A stretch of 64,000 nt of DNA from an uncultured Actinomycetota bacterium (lineage in GTDB: Bacteria > Actinomycetota > Actinomycetes > JAFAQI01): positions 128,001-192,000 of the forward strand of contig CAVYQE010000010.1 of assembly GCA_963770565.1 (NCBI GenBank), read 5' to 3'. The notes beneath the pieces are model-generated. The model saw nothing but the letters and a program-made list of their open reading frames with translations, made no database searches and had not been told where the DNA came from. The translations under genes were made by a program, and so were the position numbers. Shown piece after piece: positions 43,430 through 53,737 of the stretch (the first letter of the stretch is position 1; every line of letters starts with the position of its first letter).

Positions 43430-43983
43430 CTAGCTGCGGCCCGGTGGCCCGGGAGCGATCTCGCCACGGCCGGCCTGCTGGATGTCGGCCGGCAGGGTCA
43501 CCCCGCTTCGGGCCGCGATCGCCTCCAGCTTGGTCCGCCAGATGACGATCGCCAGCCGCTGGGCGTCCTGGGTGTTCGGGAGGTTGTCGAAGTCGCCCTC
43601 GGTCAGGTCCGACGCGAGCGTGGCAAGGTAGCTGTCCTCGTAGAAGTAGGTCTGGGCGTACGGGGCGTTGATCGTCTTCAGCTGGCGGTTCGAGGGCTCG
43701 ATCTCCTGCATCTGCAGCGAGTAGCCGGCAAAGGTCTGCTCGAGCGCTCCCATCCGGGCCGAGGCCTGCGCCGGGGTGATCCGGTTGTCGTGATAGGCGT
43801 CAAGGATCGGGTCCGCACCGTTCAGCAGGGTGTTGACCGGCAACCGCACCTTCTCGACCGCGGCGAGATAGCTGTGGACATCGGCCGCCGGCACTTTGTG
43901 GTTGCCGCCACCGCAGCCCGCAGCGGCGAGCATGCTCAGGCCGGCCCCGCCGCGGCACCGACGGCCCGCAGGCCCCGCTTCAC
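43430..43983 (-). CDS. hypothetical lipoprotein; signal peptide appears frameshifted
   Basis: ORF 43430-43933 begins MLAAAGC (lipobox without n-region); GTG at 43983 gives VKRGLRAVGAAAG in another frame. Confidence 0.6.
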
Positions 43984-43987
43984 CTGG

Positions 43988-44425
43988 TCAGCCGGTCCGG
44001 GATCTCCTGATCACCCACGCGGTGATCAGGAGCAGGACCGTCGCGGCGATCTCGACAGTCAATGCCCAGTTCGAGTCGCTGGTGGTGTACGGGTCGTGCC
44101 AGCCGAACAGTCCGGCCGAGCGGTAGTGCGAGATCAGGAAGCCGATGAAGGTGCCCGCCATCAGCGCTGCTCCGCCGAGCACGGTCAGGATGTGACGGGT
44201 CGCGAGGATCGCGATCGCGACCACCAGGCAGCCGATGACCTGCAAGAGGAACAGGTCGTTGATGTGCCCGACCGTGAGGTGGCGATACGGACCGCGCCAC
44301 AGGTGGAAATGGATTTCGCCGGAGATCAAGATGAGTGCGGCGTCGACGATGCACAGCGCCCAGATCACCAGGCTGCTTGTAGCGCTGGCCTGACGCCGGC
44401 TGGTCAGCTCGGGTGAGGTGGTCAT
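43988..44425 (-). CDS. hypothetical 4-TM membrane protein
   Basis: MTTSPEL...IHFHLW...LFLLQ...GLFGW; ATGA overlap with upstream desaturase. Confidence 0.7.
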   Translation of the reverse strand: MTTSPELTSRRQASATSSLVIWALCIVDAALILISGEIHFHLWRGPYRHLTVGHINDLFLLQVIGCLVVAIAILATRHILTVLGGAALMAGTFIGFLISHYRSAGLFGWHDPYTTSDSNWALTVEIAATVLLLITAWVIRRSRTG

Positions 44426-45378
44426 GACTGAACTCCCTGCTCGGTAGTAAACGGTTGGATTAGTTGACGGATAAAGGTGCGCGAGAGCTGTGGACGATCG
44501 GCGGCCTGCTCGACCGGGATCGGCCGACCGGCCAGTCCGGTCGGAGCGACCTGGGTGCCGGGCAACGGGTCGATCGCGCGCCCGGTCATGCGGTCCCAGA
44601 CCGCGAACACGGTGCCCATGTTGAGGTCGAGCCGACCGGTCGGCGCATGGTGCAGCCGGTGGTACGCCGGGCTTACGAAGACCTTCCCGAGGCGCCCGTA
44701 GCTCCAAGGGACGTTGGCGTGCGGCAAAGCGCCGAAACATGCGTAGGCAGTGAGCACTGCAGCCGGCGTCGCTGCGTTGGACGCCAGCGCGAGCACCGGG
44801 ATCGCCGAGATCACGAAGCTCACGTGCACCAACGGATGAGTGCGGAAAGTGCTGAGAATGCTCAGTTCTTCCTGCGGGTGATGCACCGCGTGCAGTCGCC
44901 ACAACGAGCCGACCTTGTGGTTGGCCAGATGCGCAAGCCAGTCGACCGCATCGATGGCGATAACCGCAATCGCGATGTAGCACCAGTGCGGCACCGACGA
45001 GAACCGAGGCAGGACGAGCCACGGTGCGCTCCGCACCAACACCGAGGAGAGGCCGGTGCCGATCAAGATGATCAGCCGTACGACGAGCAACGCGTGGGCC
45101 AGCATGTAGCCGACGTCGAGCAGGTGTCCACGGGCCAGCAGGTGATGCCGTTCGGCGGGAACAACCTGTTCGATCAGGAAGACCACCAGGACGAAGCCGA
45201 GAACGACCGGACCGGCGAGCTCGACCTGGCCGGAATGGATCGAGCGCAGCGGGCCATAACCCTGCAACGCCGACCAGCCGCGCCAGGCCAGCACGGCCGT
45301 CACGGCGGAGATCGCCAGCGTGGGAAGGGCGATCTGGCGCTCAACTTCACGGCGCGACAGGACTGCGGTAATCGTCAT
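44422..45378 (-). CDS. sterol desaturase / fatty acid hydroxylase family protein
   Basis: His boxes HLANH, HAVHH, FRTHP, HAN, YHRLHH; WDRMTG. Confidence 0.9.
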   Translation of the reverse strand: MTITAVLSRREVERQIALPTLAISAVTAVLAWRGWSALQGYGPLRSIHSGQVELAGPVVLGFVLVVFLIEQVVPAERHHLLARGHLLDVGYMLAHALLVVRLIILIGTGLSSVLVRSAPWLVLPRFSSVPHWCYIAIAVIAIDAVDWLAHLANHKVGSLWRLHAVHHPQEELSILSTFRTHPLVHVSFVISAIPVLALASNAATPAAVLTAYACFGALPHANVPWSYGRLGKVFVSPAYHRLHHAPTGRLDLNMGTVFAVWDRMTGRAIDPLPGTQVAPTGLAGRPIPVEQAADRPQLSRTFIRQLIQPFTTEQGVQS

Positions 45379-45557
45379 CGCAATCCCTCCGGCGCCTGTT
45401 GATGGCCGGCTCGCTTCGGCGAGCCACGCCCAATGACACGGACCGATGGTGTGTGCTGGTTCAGTGACCAACGGCACGACCGCACCGGCATCGCAGCCGT
45501 CCAGTTCCTCCGGCGGGAGCTACGGCTACTAGGCCGCCCCTCGCCCCGACTCGCTGA

Positions 45558-46724
45558 CTAGCGTCGCGATCCTTGACCGCTCCGCGCGGTCAGATGGCGG
45601 CTGATCACGAGGCGCTGGATCTGGTTGGTGCCCTCGAAGATCTGCATGACCTTCGCCTCGCGCAGGTAGCGCTCCACCGGGTATTCGGTGGTGTATCCGT
45701 AGCCGCCGAACAGCTGCACCGCATCGATCGTGGTCTTCATCGCGGCATCCGTGGCGAACAGTTTGGCCATTGCGGCTTGAGCGCCGAAGCTCTGACCGAG
45801 GTCGCGGCGACGAGCTGCGGCGAGATACATCGAACGGGCGGCTTCGATCCCGGTCGCCATGTCGGCCAGCATGAAGCTGACGCCCTGGAACTCGACCACC
45901 GGCTTGCCGAACTGCTCGCGCTCGGTGACCCAGGCAACCGCCGCGTCAAGCGCCGCTTGCGCCAGCCCGGTCGCGATCGCCGCGATACCGAGCCGGCCGT
46001 TGTCGAGTGCGGTCAGCGCGATTCGCATCCCCGCGCCTTCGTCGCCGATCAACCGGTCGGCTTCGACATGTACGCCGTCGAGTGCGATCGATGCGGTCGG
46101 CGATGACCACAGGCCCATTTTCCGTTCGGGCTGTTGGGGATTCAGCCCCTCCGTCGCCGCGTCGACGAGGAACGCCGAGACCCCCTTTGAGCCGTCGTCA
46201 GACGTCCGGCAGAACGTCACGTAGTAGTCGGCAACCCCACCGTGGGTCACCCAGGCCTTGGTGCCGTCGAGGAGGTAGCCATCATCGACCCGGGTCGCTC
46301 TGGTGCGAAGCGACGCCGCATCGGACCCGGACTGCGCCTCACTCAGGCAGTAGGCGCCGAGCAACTCGCCGCCGACGAGGTCCGGCAGCCAGCACTCGCG
46401 CTGCGCGTCGGTGCCGAACGCGACCAACGGGAAGCAGGACATCGTGTGCACACTGACCGCAAGGGCAACTGCAGCCCAGGTCGCCGCGAGCTCCTCCAGC
46501 ACCTGCAGATAGACCTCGTACGGCTGCGCACCGCCCCCGAACTCCTCGGCATAGGGCAGGCCCAGCAGGCCGGCCCGGCCCAGCATCCGCACCAGCTCGC
46601 GGGGAAACTCCTTGCGGGACTCGAAATCCGCGATCTGGGGCGCAAGCTCGGTCCTGGCCAGGTCGCCGACCAGGTCGAGGAGGTCACGGGCCTCCTCGGA
46701 CGGCAGGACTCGGTCGACCACCAT
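45558..46724 (-). CDS. acyl-CoA dehydrogenase
   Basis: YCLSEAQSGSDA, GTKAWVT, REQFGKP, QLFGGYGY, QIFEGTNQIQR. Confidence 0.95.
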   Translation of the reverse strand: MVVDRVLPSEEARDLLDLVGDLARTELAPQIADFESRKEFPRELVRMLGRAGLLGLPYAEEFGGGAQPYEVYLQVLEELAATWAAVALAVSVHTMSCFPLVAFGTDAQRECWLPDLVGGELLGAYCLSEAQSGSDAASLRTRATRVDDGYLLDGTKAWVTHGGVADYYVTFCRTSDDGSKGVSAFLVDAATEGLNPQQPERKMGLWSSPTASIALDGVHVEADRLIGDEGAGMRIALTALDNGRLGIAAIATGLAQAALDAAVAWVTEREQFGKPVVEFQGVSFMLADMATGIEAARSMYLAAARRRDLGQSFGAQAAMAKLFATDAAMKTTIDAVQLFGGYGYTTEYPVERYLREAKVMQIFEGTNQIQRLVISRHLTARSGQGSRR

Positions 46725-46735
46725 GGCGCGACGCC

Positions 46736-47866
46736 TCAGCCGTCGAGCATGACGAGGTCGCGGTCGATCGTGTCGAGCCGCTCGACGCCGTCCTCGGTCA
46801 CCACGACGATGTCCTCGATCCGAGCGCCGTGCCGGCCCGACGCGTAGATGCCCGGCTCGATCGAGAAGCACATGCCCGGCACCAGCGCCGTGTCGTTTCC
46901 GGCCACGATGTAGGGATCCTCGTGCTCCTCGAGCCCGATTCCGTGCCCGGTGCGGTGGATGAACCACTCGCCGAAACCGGCGCCGGCAATCACGTCCCGA
47001 GCCGCCGCGTCGACCTCCTGCGCGGTCACGCCGGGACGCACGCTCGCACACGACGCCTGCTGAGCCTCGAGCAGTACGGCGTAGTAGTCGGCGTACTCGG
47101 CTGGCGGGCGGCCGCCGGCGACGTAGTTCCTCGTGCAGTCCGAGCAGTAGCCGTCCGGGAGCGCGCCGCCGATGTCGACCACCACGGGGTCGCCGGCCTC
47201 GATCACGCGGTCGGAAAGCTGGTGGTGAGGGCTCGCACCGTTCGGGCCGGAGCCGACGATCACGAAGTTCACCGCCGTGTGCCCTTCGGCGATGATCGCG
47301 TCCGCAATGTCACGGCCGACCTCTGCTTCGGTGCGCCCGGGGCGCAGCCACTCCGCCATCCGCCGGTGAACCCGGTCGATGGCCTGACCGGCTCGGCGCA
47401 GCGAGTCGACCTCGTCCGGCTGCTTGCGCAGTCGCAGCGGCCGCAGCACCGCACCGGCCGCCACCTGGTCCGCTTGCGGCATCACGTCGCGGAACCGCAG
47501 CACCTGCTCGGCCCACATCCGGTCGGCCAGCCCGACCGTCCGGGCCGGGCGCCCGAGCGCGTCGGCGATCACCCGGGCCGCAATCGCAAAGGCGTCATCG
47601 GTCTCTTCGTGACTGAGGATCCGGACGCTCTCACCCGCCCCGCTGGCGATCGCCGCGGGCTGCTCGAGGCGTGGGACCAGCAAGGTCGGCTCGCCACCGG
47701 CGGGCACGATCAGGCAGGTCAGCCGCTCGAGCGGGAGCGCGGCGTACCCGACCAGATAGCGCAAGTCCGCGCTCGGGGTAACGATGAGCGCGTCGATCCC
47801 GGCCTCGCTAGTCGCTGAGGCCACGGCCGACAGTCGAGTGGCGTGAGTGGTGGTCGTAGCGGTCAC
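46736..47866 (-). CDS. M24 family Xaa-Pro peptidase
   Basis: SGPNGASPHH, DIGG...GYCSDCTR, HRTGHGIGLEEHE, SIEPGIY, RIED. Confidence 0.93.
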   Translation of the reverse strand: MTATTTTHATRLSAVASATSEAGIDALIVTPSADLRYLVGYAALPLERLTCLIVPAGGEPTLLVPRLEQPAAIASGAGESVRILSHEETDDAFAIAARVIADALGRPARTVGLADRMWAEQVLRFRDVMPQADQVAAGAVLRPLRLRKQPDEVDSLRRAGQAIDRVHRRMAEWLRPGRTEAEVGRDIADAIIAEGHTAVNFVIVGSGPNGASPHHQLSDRVIEAGDPVVVDIGGALPDGYCSDCTRNYVAGGRPPAEYADYYAVLLEAQQASCASVRPGVTAQEVDAAARDVIAGAGFGEWFIHRTGHGIGLEEHEDPYIVAGNDTALVPGMCFSIEPGIYASGRHGARIEDIVVVTEDGVERLDTIDRDLVMLDG

Positions 47867-47912
47867 GAGGTCAGGCTATCGAGGCGAGCGGTACGCCGGA
47901 GCGCGGGCGCGA

Positions 47913-48170
47913 TCAGCCGGCCGACCGAGATCCGATGATCTGGCGCTTGGCCCGCCAGGACATGATCGCCAGCAGGGACAGACCCGACATCACCGAACCG
48001 ACCGAGCAGAACGACCCTACGGACAGCACCGACCCGAACGACCCGATCGAGCCGATCGACAGCGCCGACCCCACCGACCCGATCGACAGCACCGATCCGC
48101 GCGAACCGATCGAAAGGTATGAGCCCTCCGAGCGGATCGACCATCGCGACGTCGCGAGCTCGTCACTCAC
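47913..48170 (-). CDS. small Ser-periodic repeat protein (SIGS repeats)
   Basis: SYLSIGSRGSVLSIGSVGSALSIGSIGSFGSVLSVGS; fills the gap between peptidase and exonuclease. Confidence 0.6.
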   Translation of the reverse strand: MSDELATSRWSIRSEGSYLSIGSRGSVLSIGSVGSALSIGSIGSFGSVLSVGSFCSVGSVMSGLSLLAIMSWRAKRQIIGSRSAG

Positions 48171-48263
48171 CAGGCCGACAATGACGTGCGCGGGTCACGG
48201 ACGCAACACCTCGCGGCGACACGAGCCGCGCAGCCGTCCCTGCGGGGTGGCAAGGTAGGAATC

Positions 48264-49181
48264 ATGCTGCTGCTGCTCGACACCGCTTCGCTGTACTTCC
48301 GCGCCTTCTACGGCGTACCGGACTCGATGACCGCGCCGGACGGTACGCCGGTCAACGCCGTCCGCGGCCTGCTCGACTACATCGCGCGGCTGGTCGACGA
48401 CCGCAAGCCGACCCGGCTCGTGGCCGCGATGGACGAGAACTGGCGGCCGGAATGGCGAGTCGCGGCGATTTCGACGTACAAGTCGCATCGAGTGGCCACC
48501 GAGGGAGCGCCCGGCGAGGAGGAGGTGCCGGACACCCTGACCCCGCAGGTGCCGATCATCTGGGCGGTCCTGGACGCGATCGGGATTGCCCGGCTCGGGT
48601 GGCCGGACCACGAGGCGGACGACGTCATCGGCACGCTCGCCACCCGCGCCGAGGGTCCGGTCGAGATCGTCACCGGTGACCGCGACCTGTTCCAGCTCGT
48701 CGATGACAGCGCCCCGGTCCGGATCGTGTACGTCGTCAAGGGGGTCGGCAACCGGGAGATCATCGACGAGTCCGAGGTGGCTCGGCGCTACGGCATCCCG
48801 GGTCGCGCGTATGCGGACTTCGCGACCCTGCGCGGCGACCCCTCCGACGGGCTGCCCGGGGTGCCGGGGGTCGGCGACAAGACCGCGGCCGCGCTGATCA
48901 GCCAGTTCGGCTCGGTCGCCGGCGTGGTCAGCGCTGCCCAAGGATCGGCCGAAGGGTTCCCGAAGGGCGCCCAGGCCAAGGTGCTCTCAGCGCTGGACTA
49001 CCTGAGCCGGGCCCTCGACGTGGTCCGCGTGGCTCGCGACCTCCCGCTGCCCGAGATCGACGACCGACTGCCGGCCGGCCCGCGTGATCCGGACGCGCTG
49101 GAGGACCTGGTCGAGCGCTGGGGGCTCGGCAGCTCGGTCAAGCGAGTGCTGACCTCGCTGGCTCAGGTCAGGCCTGAGTAG
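48264..49181 (+). CDS. 5'-3' exonuclease (FEN-like, stand-alone)
   Basis: LLDTASLYFRAFYG, YKSHR, EADDVIG, TGDRDLFQL, GDPSDGLPGVPGVGDKTA. Confidence 0.93.
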   Translation: MLLLLDTASLYFRAFYGVPDSMTAPDGTPVNAVRGLLDYIARLVDDRKPTRLVAAMDENWRPEWRVAAISTYKSHRVATEGAPGEEEVPDTLTPQVPIIWAVLDAIGIARLGWPDHEADDVIGTLATRAEGPVEIVTGDRDLFQLVDDSAPVRIVYVVKGVGNREIIDESEVARRYGIPGRAYADFATLRGDPSDGLPGVPGVGDKTAAALISQFGSVAGVVSAAQGSAEGFPKGAQAKVLSALDYLSRALDVVRVARDLPLPEIDDRLPAGPRDPDALEDLVERWGLGSSVKRVLTSLAQVRPE

Positions 49182-51898
49182 GCCACCACGCCACGTCGCA
49201 GGGCGGCGACCGCATGCCGTGCGGTCGAGCGCACTGGCGAGTCCTCAGGCGCAGCCACCCCGATCTGGTCGAGCAGGTCGATCAGCTGCTTCACACAGCG
49301 GACGAAGTCGCCGGGCGCCATCGCGGTGTCGAGCAACACGGCGTCGAGCGGGTGGCCCTTGGCCCACCGCCAGGCCAGCCAGGCGAAGCCCGGATCCGGC
49401 TCACGGAGGAACTCGAGGCCGACGTCGCCCTCGACCTGGTGCAGGCGCTCCCAGCACACCGCCAACGCCCTCAGTGCCTCACGGCAGGCTCCCGGCGGCA
49501 ACTTGGGGGTGGGGTCGTCGTCGCGCCGGGCCTCATAGACCAGCGACGACACCACCGCGGCAAGCTCGGCCGGCTCCAGTTGGTCCCACGCCCCGGTGCG
49601 CAAGGACTCGGCCACGACCAGGTCAGACTCGGAGTACAGCCGGGCCAGCGACTGCCCGGCGGGCGTGATCGCGTCGCCGTCGAGGTAACGCAACCGCTCG
49701 AGCACGTCACAGACCTTGTCGAAGGTCCGGCCGAGGGTGCCCGTACGGCTATGCACGCGCCGCTCGAGTGCATCGGTGTCGCGCCGCAGCCGGTCGTACC
49801 GCTCGGCCCAACGGGCGTGGCTCTCGCGGTCGGAGCAGCCGTGGCAGGGATGCTGGCGGATCGCGGCCCGGAGCCGGGCGATCTCGAGGTCGTCCGCTGC
49901 GGCCGCACGCTGCTTCGCCTGCTCACCGGTTCGCGGATCGAGGTCGAGGTTACGCAGGCTCGACACCAGGTCACGCCGTGCCTGCGGTGAGCGCGCATTG
50001 AAGTTACGCGGCACCTTGACCCGGCCGAGCGGGGTGACCGGTGAGGTGAAATCGGAGGCAGCAAGCCGCTTGAGCTGCCGGTCCATCGTCACGACCACCG
50101 GGCGCGGCGCGCCGGCGTCCGAGCCGGCGTCCGGGTCGATGACGATCGCCATCCCGGTCCGGCGCCCACCCGGGAGGTTGATCACGTCGCCGATCGCCAG
50201 GGCTTCCAACGACTCCGCGGTCGCGAGCCGGCGCTGGCCGGACCGCTCGCGGGCCAGCTCGGCCTCCCGATCCGAGAGCGACCGGCGCAGGGCGGCGTAC
50301 TCGGTGAAGTCGCCGAGGTGGCAGGACATCGCCTCGGTGTAGCCCTCGAGCGCCTCCAGGTTGCGCCGGACCTGCCGGCCGAGACCCACCACCGCGCGGT
50401 CGGCCTGGAACTGCGCGAACGACGACTCGAGGAGAGCCCGCGACGCGGCCCGGCCGATGTCGCCGACCAGGTTGACCGCCATGTTGTACGACGGGCGAAA
50501 GCTCGACCGCAACGGATAGGTACGAGTCGAGGCAAGGCTGGCGACGTGTCGAGGGTCCAGGCCGGCAGTCCACAGCACGACGCCGTGGCCCTCGACGTCG
50601 ATGCCGCGCCGACCGGCCCGGCCGGTGAGCTGGGTGTACTCCCCCGGGGTCAGGTCGACGTGCGCCTCGCCGTTCCACTTGACCAGGGACTCGAGCATCA
50701 CGCTTCGAGCCGGCATATTGATCCCGAGGGCGAGGGTCTCGGTCGCGAACACGACCTGCACAAGTCCCTCGACGAACAACTCCTCGACGATCTCCTTGAA
50801 GACGGGCAGCATGCCGGCGTGGTGTGCCGCGACCCCGCGCTCGAGCCCGTCGAGGAACTCTTCGTATCCCAGGACCGCGAGATCCTCGTCCGGGATCAAC
50901 GCAGATCGTTGCTCGACCACGGTGCGGATTCGTTGCCGTTCCTCGGGTTCGGTCAACCACAGCCCGGCGTGCAAGCACTGGCGCACGGCGGCGTCGCATC
51001 CGGCCCGGCTGAAGATGAAGACGATCACCGGCAGCAGACCCGCGTGGTCGAGGATCGACACCACGTCCGCGCGCCGAGGCACGTCGATCCGGCTCCGGGG
51101 CCGACGGCCACCGCGCTGCGGGCGCCGGTCGCCGTGGATTCGCGCGAACCTGGCCTCTTCCGCGGCCAGCCGGGTCAGCTGTGGGTTGACCACCGGTTGG
51201 TCTCCCGGTGCCACCCGCTCAGGCGGAGCGACGAACAGGTCGTGCAGCTGGCTCCCGACCAGCACCGACTGCCACAACGGAACCGGCCGGTGCTCTTCGA
51301 CGATCACCGTCGTGTCGCCGCGCACTTCCTGGAGCCACTCGCCGAACTCCTCGGCGTTGCTGACCGTCGCCGACAGCGAGACCAGCTTGACGTTCTCGGG
51401 AAGGTGGATGATCACCTCCTCCCAGACCGCGCCGCGGAACCGGTCGGCCAGGTAGTGGACCTCGTCCATCACGACGGTCGAGAGCCCGACCAGCGCGGGT
51501 GAGCCGGCGTACAGCATGTTGCGGAGCACCTCGGTGGTCATCACGACCACGTCGGCATCACCGTTGATCGAGTTGTCACCGGTCAGCAGCCCGACCCGGT
51601 CCGCACCGTAGCGATCGGTGAGGTCGTGGAACTTCTGGTTGGACAGCGCCTTGATCGGCGTGGTGTAAAAGCACTTGCCGCCCGCCCGCAACGCCAGATG
51701 CACCGCGAACTCGCCGACCACGGTCTTGCCGGCACCGGTGGGTGCCGCGACCAATACGCCGTGCCCGCCCTCGAGCGCCTCGCACGCGGTTCGCTGGAAG
51801 TCGTCGAGCTCGAAGTCGTAGCCCGAAGCGAAGTCGGTCAGAGCCGGGTAGTCGTTGCGGCGGCGTGCCGCGGCGTACCGCTCCGCGGGACTTGCCAT
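49163..51898 (-). CDS. helY: Ski2-like DEAD/DEAH helicase HelY
   Basis: APTGAGKT, TPIKALSNQK, DEVH, SAT, ATETLALGINMPA, QLTGRAGRRG, DSHCT-type C-terminus. Confidence 0.93.
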   Translation of the reverse strand: MASPAERYAAARRRNDYPALTDFASGYDFELDDFQRTACEALEGGHGVLVAAPTGAGKTVVGEFAVHLALRAGGKCFYTTPIKALSNQKFHDLTDRYGADRVGLLTGDNSINGDADVVVMTTEVLRNMLYAGSPALVGLSTVVMDEVHYLADRFRGAVWEEVIIHLPENVKLVSLSATVSNAEEFGEWLQEVRGDTTVIVEEHRPVPLWQSVLVGSQLHDLFVAPPERVAPGDQPVVNPQLTRLAAEEARFARIHGDRRPQRGGRRPRSRIDVPRRADVVSILDHAGLLPVIVFIFSRAGCDAAVRQCLHAGLWLTEPEERQRIRTVVEQRSALIPDEDLAVLGYEEFLDGLERGVAAHHAGMLPVFKEIVEELFVEGLVQVVFATETLALGINMPARSVMLESLVKWNGEAHVDLTPGEYTQLTGRAGRRGIDVEGHGVVLWTAGLDPRHVASLASTRTYPLRSSFRPSYNMAVNLVGDIGRAASRALLESSFAQFQADRAVVGLGRQVRRNLEALEGYTEAMSCHLGDFTEYAALRRSLSDREAELARERSGQRRLATAESLEALAIGDVINLPGGRRTGMAIVIDPDAGSDAGAPRPVVVTMDRQLKRLAASDFTSPVTPLGRVKVPRNFNARSPQARRDLVSSLRNLDLDPRTGEQAKQRAAAADDLEIARLRAAIRQHPCHGCSDRESHARWAERYDRLRRDTDALERRVHSRTGTLGRTFDKVCDVLERLRYLDGDAITPAGQSLARLYSESDLVVAESLRTGAWDQLEPAELAAVVSSLVYEARRDDDPTPKLPPGACREALRALAVCWERLHQVEGDVGLEFLREPDPGFAWLAWRWAKGHPLDAVLLDTAMAPGDFVRCVKQLIDLLDQIGVAAPEDSPVRSTARHAVAALRRGVVAYSGLT

Positions 51899-51933
51899 GA
51901 GTCCAGACTAGGTGGGGCCACCTCGGCCGCCCA

Positions 51934-52833
51934 CTAGGCGAGGATCCGCACTGCTCCTGGGACGCACTCGCAGGTCACCGGCAGGTTGGCGAGGAACTCC
52001 CCATCCGCGTACGCCGTGACCCCCTCACCCTCGACCGTCACGACCTTGGCCCGCAGCGTCGTCACTGCCGGGTGGGTGACGTGGGTGCCCTTGAAGACCT
52101 TCGGGAAGGTCTTCAAGAACTCCGGCTTGCTCACCGGACCGAGCACGGTGATGTCGAGCAGGCCGTCGGCGACGTCGGCGTCGGGGCAGACCAGCATGCC
52201 GGCGCCGTAGGACTTGGCGTTGCCGACCGCGACCAGCATCGCTTCGGTCTCCCACGGCTCGCCGCCGTCGATGGTCAGCCGGAACGGCAAGGGCTTGAAG
52301 ACCCGGAGCTCGGCCAGGATCGCCAGGTTGTAGCGCATCCGGCCGCGCGGCCATGACAGCCGGTTGGCGCGGTCGTTGACCCGGGAGTCGAACCCGGCGC
52401 CGAGCACGCAGCCGAACCACTTGTCGCCGACCCGGACCGCGTCCATCGGCCAGGCGCCGTGGTTCATCAGGCGGTCGGCAATGATGGCGGTCGCAGCAAC
52501 CGGGTCCTTCACCGGCAGCTTCAGCGTTGCGGCCAGGTCGTTGCCGGTGCCGGCCGGCACGATGCCGAGCGGTGTGTCGGTGCCGGCGACGGCGTTGAGC
52601 GCCAGGTGCGCCATCCCGTCGCCCCCGAGCGCGACGACCGCGTCGACCCCGTCCGCCACCGCCCGCCGGGCCAGTGCGACCGCGTCCGCGGCGTCGTGAC
52701 CGATCAGGATGCTGACGTTCGCGCCCGCCTCGGTCAGCCGGCTGGCCACGCTCGCGACCACCCTGGTGGCGCGGCCCTTGCCCGCGGTCGGGTTGACCAG
52801 CAGCGCGACATCAGCGCTCGCCCCGTTGCTCAC
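51934..52833 (-). CDS. diacylglycerol/lipid kinase family protein
   Basis: NPTAGKG, GGDG, PAGTGND, YGAGMLVCP, ADGE. Confidence 0.92.
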   Translation of the reverse strand: MSNGASADVALLVNPTAGKGRATRVVASVASRLTEAGANVSILIGHDAADAVALARRAVADGVDAVVALGGDGMAHLALNAVAGTDTPLGIVPAGTGNDLAATLKLPVKDPVAATAIIADRLMNHGAWPMDAVRVGDKWFGCVLGAGFDSRVNDRANRLSWPRGRMRYNLAILAELRVFKPLPFRLTIDGGEPWETEAMLVAVGNAKSYGAGMLVCPDADVADGLLDITVLGPVSKPEFLKTFPKVFKGTHVTHPAVTTLRAKVVTVEGEGVTAYADGEFLANLPVTCECVPGAVRILA

Positions 52834-52846
52834 CGCCGAGCACCGG

Positions 52847-53701
52847 TCACGGAATGGCCGGTTCGTCGTCGATCGGGGCGAGCTCGTCGTCGGAGAGGTC
52901 CGGGTAGATCGTCGACGGGCGGCGCGCCACCCGCCGGTCATGCAGGGTCGCGATCCCGACCGCGACCCCGTAGAGAAGGCACATCGGGACCGCCAGTGCC
53001 ATCATCGTGAACGGGTCCTGGCTGGGCGTCGCGACCGCGGCAAAGACGAAGATCAACATGATCGCGCCGCGGGTCCACCGCCGCAGCCGGGCCGCGGACA
53101 CCACGCCAACCAGGTTGAGCATCACGACGACGAGCGGCATCTCGAAGGAGACCGAGAAGATCAGCACCATGGCAACGACGAAGGCGAGATAGCTGTCGAA
53201 GGTCAACAGCGACGTCAGCCCGCCGGTGGCATAACCGAGCAAGAAGTGCAGACCCTTCTCAAGGGTTAGATAGGCGAACGCCGAGCCCATCGCGAACAGC
53301 AGCACGGATGCAGAGACGAACGAGGTGGCCCAACGCTTCTCGTGGTTGTAGAGGCCGGGGGTGATGAACTTCCACAGTTGATACAGCCAGATCGGCGACG
53401 CGGCCAGGACTCCGGCGTACAGCGAGACTTTCAGTGTGATCCGGAACGGGTCGAGGACACCGCTCGCGTACAGCGTGCACTTGTCGGGGTTCAGGCGGTA
53501 GCTGACCGGCAGCCGGCAGTACGGGTGGGTGAGCAAGTGCATGAGGCGCGCGTGGAACAGATAGGCCACGATCGTCGTGACGATGATCGCGAGGATTGAG
53601 ATGATGACCCGCCGGCGCAGTTCGTACAGATGCTCGGCCAAAGACATCCGGCCGTCGGGCGACCGATCAGGGTGCGCCCGCGCGGGGCGCGGCATCTTCA
53701 C
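52847..53701 (-). CDS. tatC: twin-arginine translocase subunit TatC
   Basis: MSLAEHLYELRRR, YQLWKFITPGLY, FEMP, ATPSQDPFTM. Confidence 0.96.
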   Translation of the reverse strand: MKMPRPARAHPDRSPDGRMSLAEHLYELRRRVIISILAIIVTTIVAYLFHARLMHLLTHPYCRLPVSYRLNPDKCTLYASGVLDPFRITLKVSLYAGVLAASPIWLYQLWKFITPGLYNHEKRWATSFVSASVLLFAMGSAFAYLTLEKGLHFLLGYATGGLTSLLTFDSYLAFVVAMVLIFSVSFEMPLVVVMLNLVGVVSAARLRRWTRGAIMLIFVFAAVATPSQDPFTMMALAVPMCLLYGVAVGIATLHDRRVARRPSTIYPDLSDDELAPIDDEPAIP

Positions 53702-53737
53702 CGGCGTGACCTGCGGGCCGCGCGACGTCGGCCGCGA

